Of a stretch of 64,000 nucleotides of DNA, positions 37,559 to 47,022 are shown in pieces; within the stretch, counting starts at the first letter, position 1, and the number at the start of each line of letters is the position of its first letter. A model generated the notes under the pieces. The model made no database searches and was not told the origin of the DNA. It worked only from the letters and a program-made list of their open reading frames with translations. The position numbers and the translations under genes were made by a program. Source of the DNA: Candidatus Bathyarchaeia archaeon (lineage in GTDB: Archaea; Thermoproteota; Bathyarchaeia; Bathyarchaeales; Bathycorpusculaceae); contig JBEKWR010000001.1 of the NCBI GenBank assembly GCA_049512935.1, positions 32,001 through 96,000 on the forward strand, read 5' to 3'.

Positions 37559-38644
37559 ATGCCTGAAATTCGTGTAGCTCTTGTCGGCGTTGGCAACAGC
37601 GCTTGCGCCCTGGTTCAGGGAACCCAGTATTATAAGGATGCTAAAGAAGACACCACCGTGCCCGGCTTAATGCACGTGAACTACGGCGGCTACCACATCC
37701 GCGACATTCATTTCGTTGCCGCGTTTGAAGTTAACAAAAACAAGATCGGCAAAGACCTCTCAGAAGCCATCTGGGTTAAACCGAACTGCTGCGAAAAATT
37801 CAGCGACGTCCCCAACCTCGGCGTAAAGGTTTCGCCGGGAATCATTCTTGACGGCGCAGCACCCCACATGCGGGAAACCTTCAACGTTTACGACGACGCA
37901 AAAACCACCAAGGAAAGCATCGTCAAAACCCTTAAAGACGCCAAAACCCAAGTCCTCGTCAATTATCTTCCAGTCGGAAGCCACGACGCAGTCCGATTTT
38001 ACGCCCAATGCGCCATCGACGCGGGATGCGCCCTTGTTAACTGTATGCCTGAATTCATCGGGTCAGACAAGTCGGGGGAGTGGCCGAAGAAGTTTGAGGC
38101 GGCGGGGTTGCCCGTTTTGGGTGATGACATCAAAAGCCAGGTGGGCGCGACCATTCTGCATCGGACGCTTGTGCGGCTTTGCCTTGACCGCGGCGCCATT
38201 GTGGATGAAACTTACCAGCTGAACCTTGGCGGCGACACGGACTTCCAGAACATGACCGTCGAAAACCGCCTCACAAGCAAGCGCATCAGCAAAACCGAAG
38301 CCGTCACCAGCCTCGTCCCCTACAACCTGCCGACCCGCATTGGGCCCAGCGATTATGTACCTTTCCTCAAAAACAAGAAAATATGTTATCTGTCAATCAA
38401 GACCCGAGCGTTCGGCGACCGACCCATCAACATCAGCGCCAAACTCGAAGTGGAAGACTCTCCGAACAGCGCAGGCGTCGTCATCGACCTGATCCGCGCC
38501 GCAAAAATCGCGCTGGACCGCAAAATCTCAGGAACCCTCATCAGCATGCCTTCTTACGCGTTTAAGCATCCGCCGGTGCAGGTGCCTGATTCGCAGGCGC
38601 GGCAGTGGACGGAAGACTGGATAGCGGGCAAACGCGAAAGATAA
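37559..38644 (+). CDS. ino1: myo-inositol-1-phosphate synthase
   Basis: VGVGN.A, NYLPVGS, GDDIKSQVGAT, SKRISKT, DSPNSAG. Confidence 0.96.
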   Translation: MPEIRVALVGVGNSACALVQGTQYYKDAKEDTTVPGLMHVNYGGYHIRDIHFVAAFEVNKNKIGKDLSEAIWVKPNCCEKFSDVPNLGVKVSPGIILDGAAPHMRETFNVYDDAKTTKESIVKTLKDAKTQVLVNYLPVGSHDAVRFYAQCAIDAGCALVNCMPEFIGSDKSGEWPKKFEAAGLPVLGDDIKSQVGATILHRTLVRLCLDRGAIVDETYQLNLGGDTDFQNMTVENRLTSKRISKTEAVTSLVPYNLPTRIGPSDYVPFLKNKKICYLSIKTRAFGDRPINISAKLEVEDSPNSAGVVIDLIRAAKIALDRKISGTLISMPSYAFKHPPVQVPDSQARQWTEDWIAGKRER

Positions 38645-38795
38645 ACCCGCTTTTTCCTTTTTGAGGCGCCAAATGAGAGCCGCCTTTTCTTGGTGCTGTA
38701 TGGCTAAGCGACTAGACTTTTGGAATATTCCAAAACTGCAAATAAAAAACCGCCCTTTCCACGCCACCTCCAGCTCAAACCCGCAAAAGAATCCA

Positions 38796-38898
38796 AGCCC
38801 AAACCAAAAAAGCAACCCAAAACAAGCCCCGAGCAGAACACGCCTAAGGGGGGGAGGGGGCCTCATATTTACAATGGAATTCCATCACAAATATGGGT
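38796..38898 (+). repeat. Dispersed repeat, complete A+B copy
   Basis: AAGCCCAAACCAAAAAAGCAACCCAAAACAAGCCC...GGGGAGGGGG..CATATTTACAATGGAATTCCATCACAAATATG. Confidence 0.85.
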
Positions 38899-39029
38899 TA
38901 AAGGCAAGCTTCCATCAACCAACGAAAACCCGGGGCAACCGCAAATTTTCGCCGCTTGAGCCCGCTGTGAAAGCTTTTATCTTTGAACCTTAAATTGGTT
39001 AACTGTCAAAAATCTGGAAGGTTCATGTC

Positions 39030-39446
39030 ATGGTAAAAGTTGAATCGTTCGAAGTGCCTGAAGGGCTATTTTTCTCCAAAGATTTTGAGTGGATAAAAAT
39101 CGAAGGCGACAAAGTCCGCATGGGCATAACAGACTACGCCCAGAAAGCGCTAAGAGAAATCGTCTACGCTGAACTGCCAGGCGTCGGCACCCAAGTCACG
39201 CAGGGCGAACCCTACGGAACATTAGAGTCCGTTAAAGCCGTGTCAGACCTGGTTGCCGCCGTAAGCGGAACAATCGAGGAAGTCAACGAAGAAGTCCAGT
39301 CGAAACCCGAAACCCTCAACGAAGACCCGTACGTGAAAGGCTGGCTGATCGTTGTTAAACCCTTTAACCTGCAGGCGGAACTTGCCAACCTAATGGACTT
39401 CGACAAAGCCGTCGAGTGGCACAGGTGCCAGGTTAAATCCAAATAG
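39030..39446 (+). CDS. gcvH: Glycine cleavage H protein / lipoyl carrier
   Basis: GITDYAQ, ESVKAVS lipoyl-Lys, NEDPY..GW. Confidence 0.93.
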   Translation: MVKVESFEVPEGLFFSKDFEWIKIEGDKVRMGITDYAQKALREIVYAELPGVGTQVTQGEPYGTLESVKAVSDLVAAVSGTIEEVNEEVQSKPETLNEDPYVKGWLIVVKPFNLQAELANLMDFDKAVEWHRCQVKSK

Positions 39447-39460
39447 AGAAGGCAAACGGG

Positions 39461-40807
39461 ATGGCTAGACGCGTAATCGTCATCGGAGCCAACGCCTCAG
39501 GCGTCGAAGCAGCCTCGGCAGCACGCAAAAAGGATCGAACAGCCGAAATCACCCTCATAACGCAGGAGAAAAACGCTGGTTACTCACGCTGCGGCTTACC
39601 ATTCGTCATCGGTGGGCAGATACCCAGCTTCAGCGACCTCATCGTTTACCCGCCAGCGTACTTCCAGATGCTCAAGCTGAACCTGCGCAGCGAAACACGG
39701 GCCACAGCCATAAACACCAAGGAAAAAACCGTCACCGTCGCCACCAAGGAAGGAGCCACGGAAGTGCTGCCGTACGACAGCTTGGTGATTGCAACAGGCG
39801 CTGACTCGTTCACGCCGCCGATCAAAGGCAGGGAAAAACCAGGAGTGCTCAGCCTACGCGGCATCGAAGACGGCGAAAAGATCAGCGCAGCGGTCAAGGC
39901 GGGCGCGAAATCAGCGGTCATCATGGGCGCTGGCTTGATCGGGTTGGAAGTCGGCGTCGGCTTGATAGAGAAAGGCTTGAAAGTCACCGTTGTGGAAATG
40001 CTGCCGCAGATTCTGCCGCAGCTGCTTGACGCGGACATGGCGAAGCTTGTGCAGGATCATCTGGAGGAGAAGGGCATGCGCATCCTCATCAGCAAGGGCG
40101 TGGAAGAGTTCCTCGGCGACGACAAAGTCACGGCTATCATGGCGGGCGGCGAAAAAATCGAGGCTGACCTGTTCATCAGCGCTTTCGGCGTGAGAGCTAA
40201 CACGAAACTCGCGGTTGACGCGGGCATACCTCTTGGCGAGTCACGCGCCATCAAAACCAACTCGCGCATGGAAACCGACGTGAAAGACGTTTACGCCGTG
40301 GGCGACTGCGCTGAAGCCCCAAACATCATCACGCACCGTCCCATGTGCGCGCAGCTGGGCACAATCGCCGTACGCCAAGGCAAGGTTGCAGGAGCAAACG
40401 CGGGAGGCGACTACTCCCAGTTCACAGGCGTCCTGGCATCCGCCGTCACACGGCTCTTCGAGATTGAAGCAGGCAACACGGGGTTAACTGAAGCCGCCGC
40501 GGCACGAAACCGCATCGAAGTCGTCACGGGCGCGATCAGCAGCAAAACCAAAGCAGACTACTTCCCAGGCGCCAAACCCATCAAGGTCAAACTTGTCGTC
40601 GAGAAAGAGTCGCAGCGAATCGTGGGCGGGCAGATCGTCGGCGGAGAAGAAGTCACGCAGCGCATCAACTGCATAAGCTTCGCCATCCAAAAAGGCATGA
40701 ACGTTCGGGAACTCGCGAAGGCAGACACGGCTTACGCGCCGCCACTGTGCGAAACGTGGGAACCCATGGTTTTAGCCGCAGAAATGGTCCTCATGAAACT
40801 GCGTTAA
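39461..40807 (+). CDS. NADH oxidase / CoA-disulfide reductase family flavoprotein
   Basis: YSRCGLP single redox Cys, ATG, GAGLIGLE, YAVGDC, YAPP. Confidence 0.9.
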   Translation: MARRVIVIGANASGVEAASAARKKDRTAEITLITQEKNAGYSRCGLPFVIGGQIPSFSDLIVYPPAYFQMLKLNLRSETRATAINTKEKTVTVATKEGATEVLPYDSLVIATGADSFTPPIKGREKPGVLSLRGIEDGEKISAAVKAGAKSAVIMGAGLIGLEVGVGLIEKGLKVTVVEMLPQILPQLLDADMAKLVQDHLEEKGMRILISKGVEEFLGDDKVTAIMAGGEKIEADLFISAFGVRANTKLAVDAGIPLGESRAIKTNSRMETDVKDVYAVGDCAEAPNIITHRPMCAQLGTIAVRQGKVAGANAGGDYSQFTGVLASAVTRLFEIEAGNTGLTEAAAARNRIEVVTGAISSKTKADYFPGAKPIKVKLVVEKESQRIVGGQIVGGEEVTQRINCISFAIQKGMNVRELAKADTAYAPPLCETWEPMVLAAEMVLMKLR

Positions 40808-40879
40808 GCAGCTTTCTCTTTCTTTTTGTTTTTTGTTTGATTCTTTCGATTGGTAAAGGTCGCTTTATCGGTTTGGGTT

Positions 40880-42703
40880 TTAGATGAGGTAGGCTTCTGT
40901 GATGTATCTTCGTACAACCCACTGCGTCTGGAAGTAGTAGGCGATTTTCGCAATGGAGTTTTTCATGAGGTGTATCCATGCGTCTTTTTGCCTGTTGAAT
41001 GTTGGGGCAATCAGGTATTCGAGTTTGCTGTAGAGGTCTTGGAGCTCTAGTTCTCTTCTTTCGTTTTCAGCCAGCAACTCTCTGGGGTGAGGCCCAATTG
41101 CCCACCCAGTCACGCCTTCGATGCATCCCTCCATCCACCAGCCGTCAAGGACACTGAAGTTTACGACGCCGTTGTGGGCGGCTTTCATGCCGCTGGTTCC
41201 GGAAGCCTCAAAGGGCGGCAAAGGCGTGTTAAGCCAAACGTCGACGCCTGAAGTAAGCTTAGCTGCGATGTCCATGTCATAATTCTCCAAGTAAACGACG
41301 CTTACTTGACCTTCCAACGCACGCGCGTAGTCATGAATTTGCCTTATGAGTCCCTTTCCATCGGTGTCCTTTGGATGTGCTTTCCCAGCGAAAATCATCT
41401 GGATTTTTTCTTTCCGATTAATATCCCTCAGCCTGTGCAGATCGCTAAAGATGAGGGTTGCACGTTTGTAGCCTGTGGCTCTTCTAGCAAAACCAATCGT
41501 TAACGCCTGCGGATCCAGCGTTTTCCCGTTGGTTCTTTCAACGAAACTCAGCAGGTCCGTTTTTGCTTTGGTGTGGGCATCCCAGACTTCACGGTTAGGA
41601 ATCTCGGTGGCTTTGGCAAGAAGTATCGGTTCGTTTGCCCAGCCTGGAATGTATTTGTCGAAGAGTTGTCTGAAGTAAAGGCTCGTCCATGTGGAGGAGT
41701 GGACTCCGTTGGTTACCGCGCGGATGTAGCGACCTGGAAAAAGTTTTCTGGAGTAATCCACGTGCGCCAAAGAGACGCCGTTTATGTATTTGCTTAAGTT
41801 CAGCGCGAGGAAAGCCATGTTGAGGTTTTCTTCTCCTGCATACTGCTTCATTTCAGCCAGCGGGTACTCTTTGTCAAGCATTTGCTGGACAAGGTCATAG
41901 GAGAACTGGTCAAAGGCAGCTTCCACCGGGCTGTGAGTGGTGAAGACACAGAGGTTTTGGACTTTTTCCGCGTCCATGCCGTTTTCCTTTAGCAGTTCAA
42001 GCGTCAGCAGGCTAGAGTGGCCTTCATTCATGTGGTACTTTCGGATTTTGAAAGGCAAGTTCCTCAGGAGTTTGGTGCCTCCTATACCCAGAACAATCTC
42101 CTGTTTCAACCTGTAGGTTTTGTCGCCGCCGTACAATGAATCTGTGATCCTTCGATCTTCAGGGGTGTTTTCTTCCATATCAGTGTCCAAAAACAGAATC
42201 GGCACCATGCCGCCCGTAACGCTCTGCCACTCATGAAGCCAAGCCTGCACCTTCACGGGGCGCCCCTCTATGCTTACGGTGACAACGTTAGGCATCCGAG
42301 TTAAGGTTTTGGCAGGATCCCACTCGTCAGGAAACTCAAGTTGCTCCCCTTGCTCGGTGAGTTTCTGCCGAAAGTAGCCTTTCCTGCTTGCAAGTGTGAT
42401 TGCAACCATCTGGAGCCGAAGGTCGGCGCTGGATTTCACTATGTCGCCCGCAAGAATGCCTAAGCCGCCGCTGTAGGTCGGAATGTTGCTGGAAATGCCT
42501 ATTTCCATTGAGAAGTAGGCTATTCGGCGGTCTTCAAGGAAGTGTCGGCGGCAGTTTTCGCTGCAGAAACAGTGTTTTTTGCCTCCGAAGCTTTCGCATG
42601 CCGCTTCGATTCTTGTCGCCATGTTCTCTGCGTCTATCTGAATTCCGCAAACGGGGCATCTTAAAAACATGGGACTATCCAAACTCGGCACCAATGAAGA
42701 CAA
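40880..42703 (-). CDS. glgP: Alpha-glucan phosphorylase with N-terminal YHS/TRASH-like metal-binding domain
   Basis: AYFSME, YSGGLG, HMNEGH, FARR...YKR, EASGTSGMKA; N-terminal CPVCG...FCSENC. Confidence 0.92.
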   Translation of the reverse strand: MSSLVPSLDSPMFLRCPVCGIQIDAENMATRIEAACESFGGKKHCFCSENCRRHFLEDRRIAYFSMEIGISSNIPTYSGGLGILAGDIVKSSADLRLQMVAITLASRKGYFRQKLTEQGEQLEFPDEWDPAKTLTRMPNVVTVSIEGRPVKVQAWLHEWQSVTGGMVPILFLDTDMEENTPEDRRITDSLYGGDKTYRLKQEIVLGIGGTKLLRNLPFKIRKYHMNEGHSSLLTLELLKENGMDAEKVQNLCVFTTHSPVEAAFDQFSYDLVQQMLDKEYPLAEMKQYAGEENLNMAFLALNLSKYINGVSLAHVDYSRKLFPGRYIRAVTNGVHSSTWTSLYFRQLFDKYIPGWANEPILLAKATEIPNREVWDAHTKAKTDLLSFVERTNGKTLDPQALTIGFARRATGYKRATLIFSDLHRLRDINRKEKIQMIFAGKAHPKDTDGKGLIRQIHDYARALEGQVSVVYLENYDMDIAAKLTSGVDVWLNTPLPPFEASGTSGMKAAHNGVVNFSVLDGWWMEGCIEGVTGWAIGPHPRELLAENERRELELQDLYSKLEYLIAPTFNRQKDAWIHLMKNSIAKIAYYFQTQWVVRRYITEAYLI

Positions 42704-42781
42704 CCCATCAACCTACGTTGATATATGTATTTGCTAGAAAGCGGGATGCTCCGATTTGCCTAAAACGGTTTTTTCTCTTTG

Positions 42782-43240
42782 TTATCCTGTTTGGGAAGTT
42801 TCTGGCTGGGTGAAGGGCTCCGTCATGCCGACAAGCAGTTTCCCAAAAGTGTTAACGTGGGTTTCCTCATCCGCGAGAATTTCCTCCAGCAGGCGCCGTG
42901 TCGTGTAGTCACCCTCGTGCGCCGCGTATTGAATTGCTTCCTTGTAGAGCTCGATGGCGTCCTCCTCATCTCGCTGATCCTGCGTAAGCATCTCGAGGAT
43001 GCTGCCTCCGACGAAAATCGGGTCAGGCTTAACTGTTGGCACCCCGTTGAGGTAGTCCAGTTGCTCGGCTAAGCGTTCGGCATGCTTCATTTCGGCGATG
43101 GCTGTTTTGCGGAAGATGTCTTCGACGGCTGCGCCGTCCATGCCCGTGACTTGAACGTGCTGCCACATGTACTGGATGCTGACTTGGAGTTCACGGGCTA
43201 TGGCTTTGTTTAAAAATTCTAAAAGCTTTTCAGAAACCAA
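42782..43240 (-). CDS. Bacterioferritin / ferritin-like di-iron protein
   Basis: ARE...IQY, EMKH, E..A...Y, DEETH ligands; SD AGGTGA before TTG at 43240. Confidence 0.88.
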   Translation of the reverse strand: MVSEKLLEFLNKAIARELQVSIQYMWQHVQVTGMDGAAVEDIFRKTAIAEMKHAERLAEQLDYLNGVPTVKPDPIFVGGSILEMLTQDQRDEEDAIELYKEAIQYAAHEGDYTTRRLLEEILADEETHVNTFGKLLVGMTEPFTQPETSQTG

Positions 43241-43445
43241 AGCTTGTTCACCTATAAAAATGGATGGTTGTTCATTATATAAACTAAGCTGCCGCCTCAC
43301 CCTGAATTTGCCTGAATCTCTTGCACATAGTTTGCCCAGATATATTTGGGCAAAATATAAGTATCCGATCATGCACGGCTAATTTGGAGTCAAGGCTGAA
43401 AAATGGGGAATGAAAGAATTAAATTAACGGAGAAGAGGTGGAAAA

Positions 43446-43781
43446 ATGGTTTTTGAAAAAGTCGCTGAAACCCAAGAGATATCTGCTGGGCAAATGAAAG
43501 CCGTAAAATTTGGGGCCGAACAAGTTTTGCTTACAAACGTAAATGGTACGTACTACGCGATCGGAAACTTTTGCACTCATGAAGGCGGGAACCTTTCAAA
43601 GGGAACCTTGCAGGGAAACATCGTTTCTTGCCCCAAGCATAAGGCACAGTTTGACGTAACAACAGGCAAGGTGGTTTCTCCTCCAAAAGTGCTGTTTATG
43701 CATCCTAAAATCAACGACGAAAGCGCTTACACGGTCAAGGTTGAGGGAACAGCTATCCTGCTTGAACGCAAGCTTCAGTAA
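43446..43781 (+). CDS. Rieske [2Fe-2S] ferredoxin
   Basis: CTH...CPKH..QFD..TG. Confidence 0.92.
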   Translation: MVFEKVAETQEISAGQMKAVKFGAEQVLLTNVNGTYYAIGNFCTHEGGNLSKGTLQGNIVSCPKHKAQFDVTTGKVVSPPKVLFMHPKINDESAYTVKVEGTAILLERKLQ

Positions 43782-43995
43782 ATAAGCCAACAAATAACCG
43801 CTAGCGCATTCGAAGAATTTCAAGACAGAACATGATTTCGTCTATGAGTTCTTGAGTTCTTTATTTTTTATGTTATGCAGCCTTAATGGCTTTTTTGATT
43901 ATGAAACAGGAAGTAGAGGGATAAGTTGCCTATCATTCATGCGCTAATAAGTTTATATATGAAGTGAAACTAAGTGAATTATTGAGGTTTTCTGA

Positions 43996-44217
43996 ATGAT
44001 GGAGAAAGATGTTGTTATGAATAATATGCAGTTGGGTGCAATTGTTGCGGATGTGATAGGAATAATCTTGGTGCTAGTTGGAGGATTAGTAACGTACGCT
44101 AAAGCAAGATCTGGTGTAGGCATCGGCTTGTTCTGGGTAGGGTGGGTGCTGCTGATAATTGCTCTAATAATAATCTTGTTAAGCATGAGAAAACCCATGA
44201 CGAAGACTAGTTCCTAA
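43996..44217 (+). CDS. Small two-TM hypothetical protein
   Basis: Two hydrophobic helices; AT-rich context. Confidence 0.55.
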   Translation: MMEKDVVMNNMQLGAIVADVIGIILVLVGGLVTYAKARSGVGIGLFWVGWVLLIIALIIILLSMRKPMTKTSS

Positions 44218-44435
44218 ATGGATTCTTTTTGAAGACACACATCCATCTTTTCTTTTTTTTTGAAAGAAAAGTTATCTGAGTTCACTTAAAGTTAAGAGTG
44301 CGAAAACGTCATTCAATGGTTAACGGAACGAGCGTAAATGGAATTAAACTCTTGGGAATGAATGGCAAATCAGCCAATTCTTGCCCGATAAAGAAAAAGG
44401 TCAAATAGGGCTTAAATGAGAAAATAACCGAGCAG

Positions 44436-44510
44436 GGGCCGGTCGTCTAGCTTGGTTAGGACGTTGGCTTTACGAGCCAAAGGTCGCCGGTTCAAGTCCG
44501 GCTCGGCCCA
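44436..44510 (+). tRNA. tRNA-Val(UAC)
   Basis: GGGCCGG/TCGGCCC acceptor, TTGGC-TTTACGA-GCCAA arm, GTTCAAGT; CCA not encoded. Confidence 0.95.
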
Positions 44511-44786
44511 CTTTTCATCATTTTTTCTGCAGGATTAAAGTTGTTTACTCAACATTAATGAACGGTTTTTGTTTTTGGTGAAGCTTTTCCTTGAAAAAAC
44601 GATATGAAGCGGAGGCGGGCTCAGAGTTGTGTGGAAGATGCAAAGGGTGATGGCGAACCATCAATTGCAGTTCCCTCTGAGCCCAATTCAACAAGAACAG
44701 GACTTATCTCTAAAGCTTTATGAATGTAGAATTTGTACTAGAAGAATAGATCTGTAGCGGATGTTTTCCATAGGCTGAACCGTTTG

Positions 44787-44812
44787 GGTTCAAGTTCGGC
44801 TCGACCCACTTT
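44787..44812 (+). repeat. Duplicated 3' end of tRNA-Val (att-like)
   Basis: 24/26 identical to 44489-44514. Confidence 0.8.
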
Positions 44813-44840
44813 AAGGAAACAATCAGTTTTGCAGCTGGCT

Positions 44841-45070
44841 TTAATCTTTGTCATCTCTTATGATTACTTCAAGCGCAACTGCAACTATTGCCACTGCAGC
44901 TACACCATATAGAATTCCATAGATTACTTAAAGCCAACTTGATTGCCCTGACTATCCTGGGCTTTGGCTGTAAGGAAGCATCGGGCTTGGGGGTGTTGGT
45001 TGAGAACTTGTTATGCTTTCGCTTCCTGCGGAATAAGCCGTTGCGCCGTTAGCCGCGATGTTTTCTGTTG
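44841..45070 (-). pseudogene. Decayed C-terminus of a surface protein related to 6538-8316
   Basis: One frame reads NGATAYSAGSESITSSQ...*SGQSSWL*VIYGILYGVAAVAIVAV...KD*, similar to NGSKVNLAISGNITSSQ...AQSNLLHEVIYGVGVAVAI. Confidence 0.6.
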
Positions 45071-45191
45071 TCTGCAATAATTGTCAACGCTTCATCTTTC
45101 ACATTTGCGGTTTTACCAGATTTCCAGAGCGCCTCTTATTTTTCCGTAATGCTTAACCGTGACCATTTAGCTATAAATGTACTAAAAGTTC

Positions 45192-45899
45192 ATGTTGAGA
45201 GGTAAAAGTTTGGCGGCTGCAAAAAGCATCTGGAAAAACGAGTACTTCAAAACCGCGGTTGCAGTCGTTTTGATCATCGCCGTGGTTCTCGGCTTGTTCT
45301 TAGGCTTGAAGTACGGGCTGAACACGCCTTATCCCGCGTTGACGGTGGTGTCCGGCAGCATGAGCATCCCCTACGACGCCGCCGACTACAACTTCTGGCT
45401 GACCATAGCCACCCCGTTTGACCGAACCTTAAGCGTGGGCGACATCATCATCGTTCAGGGAGTAAACCCCAAGGACCTAAACACGCATTACCCTAACAGC
45501 GACATAATCGTGTTCCATAACCCATACAACCCAAGCGAGCTGATTGTTCACCGCATCGTCAGCGCCGAAACATACAACGGCGAACTGTACTTTGTCACTA
45601 AGGGCGACGGCAACGGGAACCCTTGGCCCCAAACGCCAACTTCAGACCTTGACCAGTGGGACGGCAACAACCCGCCGGGAGTTCCAGCGAGCGATGTGAT
45701 CGGCAAGGTGGTTATGCGTATTCCATGGTTCGGCTGGATAACGATTTTCGTTAAGGATAACTCTTGGGGTGTGCCAGCGATCATCCTGATCATAATGGTA
45801 ATCGCAATCCTCGAGTTTGTCGCGCCCATCCTTAAAGAAAAGAAACCTGATCAGAATAACGAAAAACAAACTCAGCCAATCGGCAACGAGCACAGGTAG
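45192..45899 (+). CDS. Archaeal signal peptidase I (Sec11-type)
   Basis: VVSGSM, GDIIIV, IVHR, TKGD, IPWFG. Confidence 0.92.
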   Translation: MLRGKSLAAAKSIWKNEYFKTAVAVVLIIAVVLGLFLGLKYGLNTPYPALTVVSGSMSIPYDAADYNFWLTIATPFDRTLSVGDIIIVQGVNPKDLNTHYPNSDIIVFHNPYNPSELIVHRIVSAETYNGELYFVTKGDGNGNPWPQTPTSDLDQWDGNNPPGVPASDVIGKVVMRIPWFGWITIFVKDNSWGVPAIILIIMVIAILEFVAPILKEKKPDQNNEKQTQPIGNEHR

Positions 45900-45933
45900 T
45901 CCTTTTCATGTCTTTCCCAAGACTAACCTAAAG

Positions 45934-46041
45934 TTGACTCAAGCCCCAAACCAAAAAATCAACCCAGAACAAGCTCTGATGAAGAGCCTTTGACCCTAAG
46001 AGGGGGTCTACTATTTGTGACAAAAATCCATCACAAAAAGC
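45934..46041 (+). repeat. Dispersed repeat, complete A+B copy
   Basis: Same architecture as 38796-38898 and the reverse complement of 16255-16354. Confidence 0.85.
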
Positions 46042-46053
46042 AAAAAGAGAAAA

Positions 46054-46950
46054 TCAGACTTTAGTGCCCTGCGAGGGGTCTTCGATTACCTTTTGGAACT
46101 CCGCCATAAGCACCTTTGTGATGGGCCCAGGTTTTCCCGTGCCGATTGTGCGTTTGTTGACTTCCCGTATCGGAACGAGCTCCATGGCTGTTCCAGTGAA
46201 GAAGGCTTCGTCAGCGGTGAATATCATGAACGGCGTCAGGTTGGTCACTCTCAGTTTTATGCCCAGTTCAGCCGCCAGCTTAGTCACGACTTCAGCCGTG
46301 ATGCCTGCAAGCGCTCCCGTTGAAGTCGGCGGGGTTAACAATTCGCCGTTCTTGACGATGAAGACGTTTTCTCCGACGCCTTCAGCTATGCAACCGTTGC
46401 TTTCCAAGCAGAGGGCTTCATCAACGCCGCACGCGTTAGCTTCTATTTTAGCCATGATGCTGTTGAGGTAGTTGAGCGATTTTATCTCATGTGAAGTTGC
46501 ATCCACGGAGTTTCTTCGAACCCAAGAGAACATGGTTGTTATGCCTGTTTCTTTAGCGTTGCTGGCTCTTATGGAAATGGTGTCAGTGATTATTATGACG
46601 GTAGGCTTGGGGCACTTGCGCGGGTCTAAACCGAGGTCTCCGACTCCGCGGGTCACGACCAACCGTATGTACGAGTCTTTCATCCTGTTTTTTCTCAAAG
46701 CGTCAACGACGGCTTGAATCATTTCTTCCTTGGTCAACGGAATTTTCAGCGTTAACGCGTGCGCTGAACGGTAAAGACGGTCGATATGCTCCTTCAGCTT
46801 GAAGACAACGCCGTTGTACTCGCGGATGCCCTCAAAAACGCCGTCGCCGTAGAGCAAACCGTGGTCGTAGACTGAGATTTTAGCCTGAGACTTAGGGTAG
46901 TATTGCCCGTCGATGTAAACTGACAGTTCATCCGTCATTTCGGTTTCCAC
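46054..46950 (-). CDS. ilvE: Branched-chain amino acid aminotransferase
   Basis: YGDGVFEG, YIRL, KSLNY, L.GIT, FFTGT. Confidence 0.96.
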   Translation of the reverse strand: METEMTDELSVYIDGQYYPKSQAKISVYDHGLLYGDGVFEGIREYNGVVFKLKEHIDRLYRSAHALTLKIPLTKEEMIQAVVDALRKNRMKDSYIRLVVTRGVGDLGLDPRKCPKPTVIIITDTISIRASNAKETGITTMFSWVRRNSVDATSHEIKSLNYLNSIMAKIEANACGVDEALCLESNGCIAEGVGENVFIVKNGELLTPPTSTGALAGITAEVVTKLAAELGIKLRVTNLTPFMIFTADEAFFTGTAMELVPIREVNKRTIGTGKPGPITKVLMAEFQKVIEDPSQGTKV

Positions 46951-47022
46951 TTCCTTGCTGGCTGTTTCATATTATTCGATTATTTGATATAGTTTATGCC
47001 AGTGATACACACGATTCGTTTG

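Noticed and set aside
38661-38993. ORFs over repeat elements (also 2865-3068, 10876-11223, 15955-16224, 16228-16476) sharing GLxFxxxFHHK-like peptides
   Set aside because: The peptide similarity follows from the DNA repeat; starts and lengths are inconsistent and composition is low-complexity.
44617-44684. Known riboswitch (for example fluoride)
   Set aside because: The consensus elements could not be matched and no suitable downstream gene exists; kept only as an unassigned hairpin.
44841-45070. Stop-codon readthrough (pyrrolysine) in the surface-protein relic
   Set aside because: The frame contains both TAG and TAA plus a large internal deletion, which fits simple decay.
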